64,000 nucleotides of DNA from Selenomonas sp. (lineage in GTDB: Bacteria > Bacillota > Negativicutes > Selenomonadales > Selenomonadaceae), in contig JAKVOG010000008.1 in the NCBI GenBank assembly GCA_022482925.1, positions 73,245 through 137,244 of the forward strand, in the 5' to 3' direction. Positions 10,511 through 22,417 of the stretch are shown piece by piece. Below the pieces are notes generated by a model, which worked only from the letters and a program-made list of their open reading frames with translations, made no database searches and had not been told where the DNA came from. Each line of letters begins with the position of its first letter. Positions within the stretch are counted from its first letter, which is position 1. The position numbers and the translations under genes were made by a program.

Positions 10511-11515
10511 TCAGATTTCTTCGAGAATGATGGCGGACCAGTTTTTCCCCTGGTAGGCATTGTAGCCACGAGTATGGGCATAGCCGGCAATCTTGGTATG
10601 ATTGCTGGCATCTGTTTCCATGGTGTAGCCATAGGTTTCACCTGCAGTTGCTTTTTGGACAGCCGGCATGTGGTTCAGGTTTGTCTTGAGGACATCGTTT
10701 CGGTCTTTCGTTGCGATGACGATGCCTTGCTGGTTTACGATATAGATATGGCCATGCTGACCAATCTTGGCTGAATCGACGATATCATAAATGAAATTCC
10801 AGTTGAACCGGGAGGAAAAGTAGCCTATTGTAGTGCCATTCTCGTCACGTATCGGGCAGGAGTAAGCGATAGTGGGGGTGTTGCCGATGTGTGAGAAATA
10901 CAGATCACTGGCAGAAATGGTCTGTGCGGTGACAACATCCCTGAACCAGCCCCGGTCAGCCATGGACTGTCCTACGGACTGCTGGCTGATGCCGGCAGCG
11001 ACAATGGTTCCGTTGGTATCCAGAACGAAGAGGTCCAGATAGACTTCGTAGATATCGATGAGGTTACGGAGAAATTCAGTTCCCTGCCGGAGCGACTCCG
11101 GATCATCCTGCTGCAGACAGTTGATGACTTTATCGAATTTTGCCCAGGCTTGGGCGTCACAATTGCGCTCAAACAGGTTGCGGTCGATTTTGTCAATGAC
11201 ATCATAGGCCATATCGGCAGTACGGACGCCCATGACTTCGTTGGCCTGATTCACGATGTTTGTAATGATAGTACTGCTGGTTTGAGTTGATTCAAAGCTG
11301 CGTGTAGCCAGTTTTTTGATTTCCTCTGCGACAACGCTGAAGCCTCGGCCACTCTCTCCGGCACGGGCCGCTTCGATGGCAGAGTTCAGTGACAGCAGGT
11401 TGGTCTGCTTGGCGATGTCTTCTATGGAATGAATCACGCTTCCCATATTCTGACTGGCCTTTTTTAGTTCACCTAGCAGGACAGAGGAATCAATCTGTTT
11501 TTGTGTTGCCTTCAT
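10511..11515 (-). CDS. Soluble chemoreceptor-like protein: N-terminal MCP signalling hairpin plus C-terminal Cache-like domain
   Basis: [37 protein letters not shown] lies in residues about 34-70. Then [16 protein letters not shown] and dCache-like motifs ([43 protein letters not shown]). No TM segment. RBS GGAGG precedes ATG 11515. Confidence 0.8.
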   Translation of the reverse strand: MKATQKQIDSSVLLGELKKASQNMGSVIHSIEDIAKQTNLLSLNSAIEAARAGESGRGFSVVAEEIKKLATRSFESTQTSSTIITNIVNQANEVMGVRTADMAYDVIDKIDRNLFERNCDAQAWAKFDKVINCLQQDDPESLRQGTEFLRNLIDIYEVYLDLFVLDTNGTIVAAGISQQSVGQSMADRGWFRDVVTAQTISASDLYFSHIGNTPTIAYSCPIRDENGTTIGYFSSRFNWNFIYDIVDSAKIGQHGHIYIVNQQGIVIATKDRNDVLKTNLNHMPAVQKATAGETYGYTMETDASNHTKIAGYAHTRGYNAYQGKNWSAIILEEI

Positions 11516-11564
11516 ACGTATGACCTCCATGTATTTTAGTATCAGCATATCACAAGTCGGAATG

Positions 11565-11652
11565 AAAAAGCCTGGGAAACAAGGGCCGCAGCTGCAGTCC
11601 CTGTTTCCCAGGCTTCTTTGCCTGTCTGTCATATTGTAGATTAATTATAACA
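11565..11652 (-). promoter_or_regulatory. Extended -10 promoter followed by a terminator-like hairpin upstream of the soluble chemoreceptor
   Basis: TGtTATAAT at 11652-11644; long hairpin at 11568-11615 with a U-tract on the minus strand. Confidence 0.55.
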
Positions 11653-11805
11653 TAAGCTGATATTGCAACGCAATGAATTGACAAATCATTTTGAGGAAAA
11701 TAGAGAAGCAGATCAAATCAGTCCGTACGCTTTCGAGAAGCGGTGTCTTTGAACGTTTTCATGCCTGTTTACAACAGATGGTCAGACTGGGGAAAAGCCT
11801 GTCTG

Positions 11806-13359
11806 TCACGGACGCAGCCGATAAAAGGCTGCGCTTTGCTTTGCCAGCAGGAGTTTTCCATCCTTGCTTTGTGGCAGTGCATTGAAGTGATACAGTTCCT
11901 CGGTAAGTGTGAGCTCGCAGGGGAAGCTTTGTGGCTGGTTTGATGGGTTCAGGAGTACAAGGATGGTTTCGTTTTCGCTGCTGCGCAGGTAGGCAAGCGG
12001 ACAGCGTTCCTTTTCGGCATAAAGGAATTTTATGCGTGCGTGGTTCTGCAAGGCCGGATGGGCTTTGCGCAGGGCGATGAGCTGTTTGACTTCATTGAGC
12101 AGGGAGGACTCTTCCTGAAGCTGCTTTTTGACGGTCGGGCGCTCTGACGATCCATCGAGTGGGATGTAGAGCTTTTCGGCAGCTGCTGTACTGAAGCCTG
12201 CATTGACCGAGTCATCCCATTGCATCGGGGAGCGTGAGCCCGTGCGTCCGTAGCCGCCTTCAACAGAGGTGAGACCTTCGACATAGTTCATGCCGAGCTC
12301 GTCGCCATAATAGATGAAAGGTGCACCTGGCATAGATAAAAGGAAGGCAAAGGCAATCCTGAGTGCATCGCCCTGCAGATTATGGGCGAGCCGGTCCATA
12401 TCATGATTGCCGGAAGGGATGCAGATCAGACCGTCGGTACCGGCTTTTTTATAGCTGTCCAGATATTTGGCGACGAAGGCCGAGATATCTCCTTTGCCAC
12501 GAGCGGAAAAGAATGGTTCCGGGCAGCGGAACAGGTCGTTATAATGCGATGGGCCGAAATGCAGCAAAAAGTCCATATGGAAACCGCCCTGCAGGGATTT
12601 ATCCGGTTCACCCCATTCGGAGACCATGGCGGCCGCAGGGAATTCATCATCGAGGAAATGGCGGACGTTCTGCCAGAGCTTGATGGTGCCTTTCCCATCC
12701 GGATCGTTTTTGACCAGAGAGCCTGCCATATCGACACGGAAGCCATCGCAGCCCATCCGGAGCCAGAAACGCATGATATTCTTCAGCTCCTCCAGGGTGG
12801 CTTTCGGTCCTTCGTCCGTCATGGACTGCTGCCATTTCTCTGCCGGATCAGGCTGGTAAAAGCCGTAGTTCAGGGCCGGCTGATGTGAGAAGAAGTTGAC
12901 GGCACAGGAGCCGTCACGCTCGGAGATGCCGCGGATACAGCCCATGCCTGCTGGTTCTTTCCAGACGCTGTCCGTCCAGACGTAGCGGTCGGTAAAGGCA
13001 TTTTTTTCCGCTTTGCAGGATTCGTGGAACCATTTATGCTCACAGGAAGTGTGGCCCGGTACGAGATCGAGCAGCACATGCAGTCCGTTCTTATGGGCCC
13101 GTTCAAACAGCTGCTTCATATCTTCATTGGTACCATAGCGTGGTGCAACCGTATAATAATCGGAAATATCATAGCCGGCATCCTTGAAGGGGGAAGTAAA
13201 GCAGGGATTCAGCCAGATGGCGTTGCAGCCAAGGCTGCAGATATAGTCTAATTTTTGGATAATACCCTGCAGATCGCCAATGCCATCTGCATTGGAATCG
13301 CAAAAGCTTTGCGGGTAAATTTCATAAAAGATTGCCTGATCTAACCAGTTGTTCATCAT
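11806..13359 (-). CDS. GH13 alpha-amylase-family glycosidase
   Basis: FYEIYPQSFCDSNADGIGDL, DLVPGH, DGFRVDMA (nucleophile), VSEW, GNHD, IYYGDELGM. Confidence 0.95.
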   Translation of the reverse strand: MMNNWLDQAIFYEIYPQSFCDSNADGIGDLQGIIQKLDYICSLGCNAIWLNPCFTSPFKDAGYDISDYYTVAPRYGTNEDMKQLFERAHKNGLHVLLDLVPGHTSCEHKWFHESCKAEKNAFTDRYVWTDSVWKEPAGMGCIRGISERDGSCAVNFFSHQPALNYGFYQPDPAEKWQQSMTDEGPKATLEELKNIMRFWLRMGCDGFRVDMAGSLVKNDPDGKGTIKLWQNVRHFLDDEFPAAAMVSEWGEPDKSLQGGFHMDFLLHFGPSHYNDLFRCPEPFFSARGKGDISAFVAKYLDSYKKAGTDGLICIPSGNHDMDRLAHNLQGDALRIAFAFLLSMPGAPFIYYGDELGMNYVEGLTSVEGGYGRTGSRSPMQWDDSVNAGFSTAAAEKLYIPLDGSSERPTVKKQLQEESSLLNEVKQLIALRKAHPALQNHARIKFLYAEKERCPLAYLRSSENETILVLLNPSNQPQSFPCELTLTEELYHFNALPQSKDGKLLLAKQSAAFYRLRP

Positions 13360-13544
13360 TAACATCCTTTCTATGTGTGTACAATATCTACGATAGCATA
13401 GAAAGCAATAGAACAAAAGAAGATCTCGACGGCTTGAACGATTGATACAATTTCACCAATGTAAATATTTGTAGTTGTTGAGTTCCGGACTTGTTGTGTG
13501 CTATAGTAGACCTATTTTGAAGTCAGATATGTATATACAATAGA

Positions 13545-13667
13545 TCAAGGCCTGATTGGTGCTGTCATGAGCAGCCAGTCCGGTGCATTGCGGCGAAGGA
13601 TGCCGTCGTAGTTTTCATCGGGCAGCATTTCATCCAGGGTCAGCAGATATTTCGGATAGTTGTCACG
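13545..13667 (-). pseudogene. C-terminal remnant of an AAA-family (COG1373/DUF4143-type) ATPase gene
   Basis: Translates to RDNYPKYLLTLDEMLPDENYDGILRRNAPDWLL...stop, resembling that family's C-terminus. No upstream body or start. Confidence 0.65.
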
Positions 13668-13705
13668 GCGTTTGTGCTGTTTATGCTATAGAAGGACAGG
13701 ATCCT

Positions 13706-15421
13706 TTAGAACTGAAATTTACGCAGGGATCCCTGCAGGTCCTGAGCCAATTGGGCGAGGGAGTTGCTGGCCGAGGCGATCTCGCCGGCCGAGGCAGACT
13801 GCTCTTCGGTGGCGGCGGATACGCTCTGCATCTCGTCAGCTACCTGGCCACCACTGGCTTCAATCTGGGCCACTTCCGTTTCAATGCGATGGGCATCATC
13901 AGCAACGGTTTTTATCCCGGCTGCCATGGTAGCGACTTCTTTCGATACTTCATCGACGAATACCCGGATCTGATCGAAGGTCTCGCGCAGGCTATCGACT
14001 GAGGCGGCACCTTCGACAACGGCATTGGTACCATGCTGCATGGAGGTGACGGCGTCATCGGTATCAGTCTGGATGCCGGTGATTAGATCGGCAATCTTCT
14101 GTGCGGCTTCCTGTGACTGTTCGGCCAGTTTGCGGACTTCTTCGGCCACGCCGCGTCCGTGCTCACCAGCCCGGGCTGCCTCGATGGCGGCGTTCAGGGC
14201 CAGCAGGTTGGTCTGGCTCGCGATACCGGAAATCGTCTCGACGATCAGGCCAATTTCCTGAGAACGCTGCCCGAGTTTATCAACAATCTTAGCCGATTCC
14301 CCAACGGTGCTTTCTACGCTGCGGATCTGGGCTACCGATGACTGGATGGCTTTGCTGCCGCTTACGGCCTGGTCAAAAGCTGCCGTAGCATGGGCGGAGA
14401 CCCGATCTGCTTCATCGCGGATGTGATTGACTGCGTCAGCGACCTTGCGGACGGATTCGGTGCTGGTCTGGACACTCTGCTGCTGTCCGGCGACAAGTCC
14501 GGCAGCCGTAGTAACAGACTGGGCAACCTGCTCGGAAGCCTGGGCCGACTGGGTGGAACTGGCGGTAAGCTCTTCTGAGGCCGCGGCGATATGTTCGGTG
14601 GATTCATGCGTATGCTTCATGAGTTGATTGAGATTTGACCGCATTTCGACCAATACATCAGCCATTTCACCGAATTCATCCTTGCGGAAGATCGTACGGG
14701 GGACATCGCAGAAATCGCCATCACGCAGCTTGACGCAAGTCCCAATCATGAAACGCAGCGGCTTGGTGATCTCCTTTGAGATCCAGATGGCGGCAGCAGC
14801 AAGGATAATGAAAGACAGGATTACCTTGATGATCATCGCACGCGAAGCCTCAGCACTGTCAATGTCATTCTGGGTATTCATCTCATCGGCATTCTGCGCT
14901 CCCCGGTCTTTCAATGTACCAATATCATCACGCAATGTAGTAGCACTGGTCTTACCGGTGCTGTTATACAGTGTCAGTGCATCACTGCCCTGACCAGCCT
15001 GCTTCAATTCGATGATCTTCGCCATGTTGCGGACGAAGTCACTGCCTTCCTGATCGATCTTGGTGACCAGGTCTCTGAGAGTAGAGTCAGGAATGTCTTT
15101 TACGGCAAGTTTATAGTCATTCCAGTCTTTTTCATAGGCCTTTTGAAAGTCCTTGTACTGCTGCTGCAGGTCTTTCAGGCGTTCAGGGGTTTCGGCACTC
15201 AAGGCCAGCGAGGCATATAACTGCAGGGAACGCATATCGTACAGAGTATCTCCGAGCATCTGGATGCCATGCAGGTTCTGGCTGTACATGACCGTCATGT
15301 CATCCTGGGCTTTGATGATTGTGCTATAGCCTCCGTGCCCCAGTGTGATCATGGCCAGTACAGCAACAATCACCAGGATCAGCAGCTTGTAGGCTACTTT
15401 GAGATTGTTCATGAAATTCAT
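13706..15421 (-). CDS. Transmembrane methyl-accepting chemotaxis protein (4HB-type sensor, HAMP, signalling domain)
   Basis: TM1 near N-terminus, TM2 near residue 200, HAMP (ITKPL...KDEFGEMA), [25 protein letters not shown]. Confidence 0.95.
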   Translation of the reverse strand: MNFMNNLKVAYKLLILVIVAVLAMITLGHGGYSTIIKAQDDMTVMYSQNLHGIQMLGDTLYDMRSLQLYASLALSAETPERLKDLQQQYKDFQKAYEKDWNDYKLAVKDIPDSTLRDLVTKIDQEGSDFVRNMAKIIELKQAGQGSDALTLYNSTGKTSATTLRDDIGTLKDRGAQNADEMNTQNDIDSAEASRAMIIKVILSFIILAAAAIWISKEITKPLRFMIGTCVKLRDGDFCDVPRTIFRKDEFGEMADVLVEMRSNLNQLMKHTHESTEHIAAASEELTASSTQSAQASEQVAQSVTTAAGLVAGQQQSVQTSTESVRKVADAVNHIRDEADRVSAHATAAFDQAVSGSKAIQSSVAQIRSVESTVGESAKIVDKLGQRSQEIGLIVETISGIASQTNLLALNAAIEAARAGEHGRGVAEEVRKLAEQSQEAAQKIADLITGIQTDTDDAVTSMQHGTNAVVEGAASVDSLRETFDQIRVFVDEVSKEVATMAAGIKTVADDAHRIETEVAQIEASGGQVADEMQSVSAATEEQSASAGEIASASNSLAQLAQDLQGSLRKFQF

Positions 15422-15541
15422 TTCATTACCTCTTTGAAATAGAAAATTCTGACAATTTTACACGAATCAGATAATCAGGCCAACAATTATATGATGGTTT
15501 TATTCGTTTTGGAGAGGATAAATTCCTGCTGGTAAACGAAA

Positions 15542-15581
15542 AAAATACAGATAGGAACGGTGATGTTCCTATCTGTATTTT
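15542..15581. terminator. Intrinsic terminator
   Basis: aaaatacagataggaac-N6-gttcctatctgtatttt. Confidence 0.85.
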
Positions 15582-15602
15582 GGGTATCCACTATAAGGTG
15601 GA

Positions 15603-16993
15603 TTATGGTTTTTCCGTAAATGACTGAGTGATTTCTTTTATCAGTGGCTCAGTTTCACGGGCGGATATCTGTCGGATCTTGTCCTGCAGAATCGTATCGG
15701 CGATACGAGCCTCCAAGTCCGTCTTGAAGCGGGCGGCAACTGCCGGATCCATGTGTTGCAGATCAGTCCGGGTCAGTGCTGTCTCATATTGGCGGGCACA
15801 TTCTTCTTTATAGGCTGTGCTGCCTTCATAGGCGTCGATTGGCTGCAGAATGCAGGCTTCGACTTTCTGATAGGCCTGGTCGATATATTGATTGAACAGG
15901 GCCGTATCATTGACCAGTTTGAGCAGATTTTCATTGGATTGGTTGGTTCGTATGCCAATCATGATCTGTTTGGCCAGATCATTCAGTTGTCGTTCGGTTG
16001 CTGAGACCGGCCTTGGTCCGGTTTCGTCATCCAGGGCACTGATGATGGCCTGACGGATACGGCGTGAGGCATCTGCCTGCTCTGTGGCTGTCGTATCGGT
16101 CACGGCCGGGGCCTGGGTTGCGGTATCCGGGGAATAGTCTGTTGCACTGATGGGATAACCTGACTGGAAATCAGCTGTCTGGAAGGCTGGATCCAGCGTG
16201 TGGTCCTGACTGAGCTTATCTGATCCAACCAGGAAATAGTCATAGGTGAGCTGCGGACTGCTGCCGACTGGATCGTCCCAGGTCGTATCGAGATAGTACC
16301 ATTTATCAGCAAGTTTCACGATGTTCCAGGCATGACTTTCGCCGGCATAGCCGCTGACAAAACGACAGGGAATCCCCGCATCGGTCAGCAGCTTGTAGGT
16401 GAGCAGGGCATAGCCCTGACAGACGGTGCTCTGTTCTTCGAGCCCCTGATAGGCGGTAGCGCGCGTCAGACTGTTATCATACGTGATGTGATTTACGACA
16501 TAGTCATGAATGTTGCGAATGGTTTCGTAGTTGGTTGCACCCTTTCAATGAGGGCAGGAGACTGGTGGCATCCTGGTTCACGACATCCAGCCAGGCTTTG
16601 GGCTCCCGATAGGTTATGGTGAATACGAATTCGGTCGTATCACTGATAGCCGGGAGCGCCAACTGAAAGGCGGCTATATTATGCTGCAGATAGTCGTAAT
16701 CATCACTGTTGCCCGGCTGGTGCAAGGACATAAGCGCGCTGCATCAGGGCTTCCAGGTCGCCATCGTAGACATCGGCATAATTTCCCTGATAAAGGATCG
16801 AGAAATTTTCCTGACGCGCGAGCAGCTGTTGATAAAGGGCCTGGGTGAAAGGCTTCTGGTGTGGAAACTTCCAGCGGCAGCCTGCGGAAGCGATGGCTGG
16901 TGTCAGCGGGCAAATTGAGGTGACAGCCGGAATTCCGCTGGTACTGACTGCCAGTGTCAGCAGGGAGAGCCGGACCACAGAAGCGAGCCTCAT
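15603..16993 (-). CDS. Secreted transglutaminase-like (Cys-His-Asp) protein with several apparent frameshifts
   Basis: Signal peptide at 16993. VCQGYALLTYKLL (about 16415-16380), HAWNIVKL and YYLDTTWDD are spread across frames. Confidence 0.8.
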
Positions 16994-17032
16994 GAATGAC
17001 CATTCCTTTCCCTTTTGTGCAGTTGATGCAAC

Positions 17033-18058
<1,026 letters not shown>

Positions 18059-18087
18059 AATATTAGCTCCTTTTCGGCGCCGGAACT

Positions 18088-18345
18088 AAAAAATCCCCGG
18101 CAGTAATCAACTGCCAGGGACGAAATTGCTTCGCGGTGCCACCCTGTTTCATGAATGAATCATGCGCTTATGGAGTACTAGCATACCCCCAGGTCACTTA
18201 CGCGTGACAGACGTCGCAGCCTACTAAGCAATGAAGCCTTTCAGTGCGCCCTCAGCGACCCATTTGCCAGCTAGTCTTTCATCCGGTTCCCAGCCTCCCG
18301 GACTCTCTGCAGAAGCATGACTGACGTTATCCTCGCCTCAACGGT
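18088..18345 (-). promoter_or_regulatory. T-box riboswitch with Trp (UGG) specifier
   Basis: T-box AGGGTGGCACCGCG at 18145-18132; terminator at 18120-18088; stem I with AGAGAG and GCTG motifs; TGG at 18262-18260. Confidence 0.93.
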
Positions 18346-18441
18346 TTACTACGCAACCCCAAGAATTGAGCCCTACGGGCGAAAACGATTGGTATGGTGG
18401 CGTGTATGCATGACTGCCACAGGCAGCCTGCACTCGATGTA

Positions 18442-18471
18442 AATATACCATTGCTAAGGAAAGATTGTCAA
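18442..18471 (-). promoter_or_regulatory. Sigma-70/A promoter for trpS
   Basis: TTGACA-18 nt-TATATT with a TG extension. Confidence 0.65.
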
Positions 18472-18577
18472 GGTCAGGGAAATATTGTCAAGAAATGAAA
18501 AAAAGTGCAACTTATGTCCGTTTGTGGTAGAATGGGTAAAACGAAGTTTACAACTTTACAGAATCGAGGAGAATAAA

Positions 18578-19894
18578 ATGTATCGTTTGACTGCTAAACT
18601 GATCATTTACCGCAAAATCGATAAAGACAGTATCCTGTTCCATCTGGCCGGGATCTGCCAGGAATTTGAGTCCGGAAACTATGACAAGGCCGTCCTGTCC
18701 GGAAAGGTCCTGACCGAGGTCAATCGGCTGCTGGATGTTGCGACACACTATGGTTTTGACGGGAATCTCTGGCATAATTATCTGGCATTCCTGCTGGCGA
18801 CGACGGAGACTCCGTTCACCCTGGTCTGTGAGAAGCATGGGGCCAGCGAGGGCAGTGTGCGGAAGTTTGCCCGCAGTGACCTGGAGGTTTTCCGGGAGCT
18901 CCTGTCCTATGATTTCAAGCCGCTCGAGCAGGCGCTGGGGCTTGAGTGCTTCAGTATCATCGAGGACTATCAGGCGGTAGAGAAGAAAGAGCAGATCTAT
19001 AATAAGAGTGTCAGTGAGAAAGTCCAGGAACTCAGCACGGCCATTGAGCAGGCTAAAGATGGCGACGATATGTACCGTATTGTCACGGATTTTTATCAGC
19101 GGTATGGCGTAGGCATGTTTGGTCTGAACAAGGCATTCCGTGTGTCGCCGAATATCGAGGTAACGGGGCAGCTGCTGGAGTCGATCACGACGACTGGCGA
19201 TATGCGGCTGGATGATCTCATCGGCTATGAGAACCAGAAAAAACGCCTCAAGGATAATACGGAAGCTTTCGTGGCCGGACGTAAGGCCAATAATGTATTG
19301 CTCTATGGTGATGCCGGCACCGGCAAGTCGACCAGTATCAAGGCCATCCTGAATCAGTATTATGATCAGGGTTTGCGGATGATCGAGGTCTACAAGCATG
19401 AGTTCAAATATCTGCAGCGCATCATTGCCCAGATCAAGAATCGTAATTATAAGTTCGTTATCTATATGGATGACCTGTCTTTCGAGGAGTTTGAGATTGA
19501 GTACAAATACCTTAAGGCAGTCATCGAGGGTGGTCTTGAGGTCAAGCCGGATAATGTGCTGATTTATGCAACCAGTAACCGCCGCCATCTGATCCGTGAG
19601 ACCTGGAACGACCGGCCGGACAATGTCGAGGCCGATATGCATCAGAATGATACGGTGCAGGAGAAATTGTCGCTGTCGGCCCGCTTTGGTCTGTCGATTG
19701 GCTATTTCCGCCCCAGTCATCAGGAGTATATCGATATCGTCAAGGAACTGGCCCATCGTCAGCCGGCTATCAAGCTGACCGACGAAGAACTCCAGGCCGG
19801 AGCTGTGCAGTGGGAGATGAGTCATGCCGGGATTTCCGGACGTACGGCTCAGCAGTATATCAATTCGCTGCTTAGTGAGAGCAAACGTTCCTGA
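18578..19894 (+). CDS. DUF815-family AAA+ ATPase
   Basis: [62 protein letters not shown]. Confidence 0.92.
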   Translation: MYRLTAKLIIYRKIDKDSILFHLAGICQEFESGNYDKAVLSGKVLTEVNRLLDVATHYGFDGNLWHNYLAFLLATTETPFTLVCEKHGASEGSVRKFARSDLEVFRELLSYDFKPLEQALGLECFSIIEDYQAVEKKEQIYNKSVSEKVQELSTAIEQAKDGDDMYRIVTDFYQRYGVGMFGLNKAFRVSPNIEVTGQLLESITTTGDMRLDDLIGYENQKKRLKDNTEAFVAGRKANNVLLYGDAGTGKSTSIKAILNQYYDQGLRMIEVYKHEFKYLQRIIAQIKNRNYKFVIYMDDLSFEEFEIEYKYLKAVIEGGLEVKPDNVLIYATSNRRHLIRETWNDRPDNVEADMHQNDTVQEKLSLSARFGLSIGYFRPSHQEYIDIVKELAHRQPAIKLTDEELQAGAVQWEMSHAGISGRTAQQYINSLLSESKRS

Positions 19895-20115
19895 CAGATT
19901 GTGCTGTCACGCACATCTTTGGACAAATCGGATTGAGACAGCACACTGGAATCAGTCATAATTTCATGATTATATAGCAGAAATTTATCCATAGTTTATG
20001 AACCTCATGTATAATGAGAAACATGGACGGCAGGAATGGTGCCGTTATGCTGTAAATCATATCTGAATGGATACGTGGGGATTGTTCAGATGGAGATAAG
20101 AAGGACTGATTAGAG

Positions 20116-21045
20116 ATGAAGATTTTAGTTACCGGTGGTGCTGGCTTTATCGGCTCGCATCTGGTCCGTCAGCTGTTGGCTGATCATCATGAAGTCGTAA
20201 TACTGGACAATCTTTCGACGGGGGCTTTGGAACATCTGCCATCTCAGGGGTATATGCTCTGGCAGATGGATATCCGGGATGAGCAGGTCATTGCGCAGAT
20301 TGCAGCAGCCCATTTTGATGCCATTGTGCATCTGGCGGCGCAGACAATGGTTGATGTATCCATCCGGGATCCACGCCTTGATGCATCGGAGAATATTACA
20401 GGTCTGCTGAATGTGCTGGAAGCCGCACGTCAGGGGCAGGTGAAGCGGCTGATCTTTGCATCGACAGCCGCGGCTTATGGGGATGTATTGGAACAGGACC
20501 TGCCGGTAAAAGAGGATCATAAGCTTCAGCCAATGTCGTTTTATGGTCTGACCAAGGTTACCGCCGAGCATTATCTGGAACTGTATCAGCAGCTTTATGG
20601 GCTGGATTATGTTGTTTTGCGGTTTGCCAATGTCTATGGCGAGCGCCAGGGTGATACCGGTGAAGGCGGCGTTATTTCAATCTTCGCCAAGCGTATTGCC
20701 GCTGCTGAGGGCATCACGATTTTCGGTGACGGTCAGCAGACCCGTGACTTTGTTTATGCGGGCGATATTGCTGAGGGTATTTGTAAGGCATTGGCAACGG
20801 ATCAGGTAAATACGGTCTATAATATATCCACGCAGACCGAGACGAGCCTTAATGCGCTGGTGGATCTGTTTGGTCAGGCGGCTGGTACGCGGATCCGCCC
20901 GTTGTATGGACCGGTGCGGGCCGGTGATATCGATCGTTCGATGCTCTGTAATGAGAAAGCGGTCAGTCAGCTGGGCTGGCAGCCACAGATGCCTCTGTTG
21001 GAAGGCCTGCGGCGTACCTATCAATATTTTAAGAAACATCAATAA
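20116..21045 (+). CDS. NAD-dependent NDP-sugar epimerase/dehydratase (GalE-like)
   Basis: GGAGFIG, HLAAQ, YGLTK, LRFANVYG, QTRDFVY. Confidence 0.92.
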   Translation: MKILVTGGAGFIGSHLVRQLLADHHEVVILDNLSTGALEHLPSQGYMLWQMDIRDEQVIAQIAAAHFDAIVHLAAQTMVDVSIRDPRLDASENITGLLNVLEAARQGQVKRLIFASTAAAYGDVLEQDLPVKEDHKLQPMSFYGLTKVTAEHYLELYQQLYGLDYVVLRFANVYGERQGDTGEGGVISIFAKRIAAAEGITIFGDGQQTRDFVYAGDIAEGICKALATDQVNTVYNISTQTETSLNALVDLFGQAAGTRIRPLYGPVRAGDIDRSMLCNEKAVSQLGWQPQMPLLEGLRRTYQYFKKHQ

Positions 21046-21071
21046 ATCAGGCAGTTTGTTGGCTGTCCGAT

Positions 21072-21103
21072 AAAAGCCTGTGATGAGATCGTCACAGGCT
21101 TTT
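21072..21103 (+). terminator. Intrinsic terminator
   Basis: aaaagcctgtgat-gag-atcgtcacaggctttt. Confidence 0.8.
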
Positions 21104-21209
21104 GTTATGTGCAGTATTGTGCCATCTGTTTTGTTTTGACATTTATAAACAGTGAATTTATAGAAAATAAGGAAAAGTAAAAATCCATCCCGATAATCGC
21201 AGAAAATAC

Positions 21210-21259
21210 TAGACAAATAGGAACGAATGGACTACAATAATAAAAGTAAAACGGTTTCG
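21210..21259 (+). promoter_or_regulatory. Promoter and LacI-type operator of the kdg cluster
   Basis: TAGACA-17 nt-TACAAT at 21210-21238; GTAAAACGGTTTCG at 21246-21259. Confidence 0.65.
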
Positions 21260-21303
21260 TAAATGATACGAAACGGAATAAGTGTAAATCAGGGAGTGGA
21301 TGA

Positions 21304-22317
21304 TTGATGGCGGGAATAAAGCGGAAAAAAGTGACAATCGTGGATGTGGCAGCAAAAGCTGGCGTGTCAAAGACGACGATTTCCCGCTACCTGAATGGTA
21401 AGTTCGAGTATATGTCGGAGGAATCCCGGCAGCGGATAGCAGATGTTATTGAGGAACTGGGATATCGTCCGAATTCCCTGGCCCGCAGCCTGAAGTCCAA
21501 GCAGAGTTTTGTTCTGGGCGTCATCGTTTCGGATATCACCAGTCCGTTTTCACCAATCCTGCTCAAGGGAATCAGCGACTGCTGTGACCGTTTCGGCTAC
21601 CGTATCCTTATTGCGAATTCAGATGATGAACCGCGTAAGGAGCGGGACTACATCATGAGTATGATTGATCAGAGTGTGGATGGTATCATCCTGAATACGA
21701 CTGGCGGCAATGATGAGTTCCTGCGGGAAACGGCAGATACCGGGATGAAGTTCGTTCTGGCTGACCGTACCATTGATATGGATCTTTTTGATACGATCCA
21801 CAGCGCTGACCGGGATGCAATCGAGCAGATGATGCGTTACCTGAAGGGAGCAGGCTATGAGTCAGTCGGCTACTTCACGCAGCCGCTTACGAATAGTACG
21901 CGTATCAGCCGTTGTCAGGTGTTCCGGGAGATTTATTCCGATTACTTCAATGGTACAGCACAGGTGTATTTCCTGGAAAAGAGGCAGCGTGATGCGAATG
22001 TCATGCAGGAATACATGCGCCTCAACATCGATTGCAAACATGCGATATTCTCGGGCAATGGTGTCTCGACCATGCGTATTGTCCAGACGATGCGTGACCT
22101 GAACATCGAGTTTCCAAAGGAGACCGGTTTGTGTGGTTTTGATGACTGGGAGTGGATGAATCTTGTTGGCGGCGGCCTGACGACTATCGATCTGCCGACC
22201 TATGAGGTTGGCAAGGAATGTGTCAAACGCATGATGCATCTGCTGCATTATGCGCGCACAGGTGCTCCGCGTACGCTGGAACTGCCCTGCACATTGCAGA
22301 TTCGTCAGTCCACCTGA
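21304..22317 (+). CDS. kdgR: LacI-family regulator, KdgR-like
   Basis: VTIVDVAAKAGVSKTTISRYLNG, YRPNSLARSL; heads the kdg/kdu cluster. Confidence 0.85.
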   Translation: MMAGIKRKKVTIVDVAAKAGVSKTTISRYLNGKFEYMSEESRQRIADVIEELGYRPNSLARSLKSKQSFVLGVIVSDITSPFSPILLKGISDCCDRFGYRILIANSDDEPRKERDYIMSMIDQSVDGIILNTTGGNDEFLRETADTGMKFVLADRTIDMDLFDTIHSADRDAIEQMMRYLKGAGYESVGYFTQPLTNSTRISRCQVFREIYSDYFNGTAQVYFLEKRQRDANVMQEYMRLNIDCKHAIFSGNGVSTMRIVQTMRDLNIEFPKETGLCGFDDWEWMNLVGGGLTTIDLPTYEVGKECVKRMMHLLHYARTGAPRTLELPCTLQIRQST

Positions 22318-22377
22318 GGACTGACCGATGTTTTGTTTATGAAGGCGGGTAAACCGCCTCTCTATATTACACGGTTT

Positions 22378-22391
22378 GTAAACCGGTTAAC
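22378..22391. promoter_or_regulatory. LacI-type operator, GTAAACCGGTTTAC family
   Basis: GTAAACCGGTTAAC directly upstream of kdgK. Confidence 0.6.
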
Positions 22392-22417
22392 GTTGGAAAC
22401 TATGGGAGGTAGAGCAA

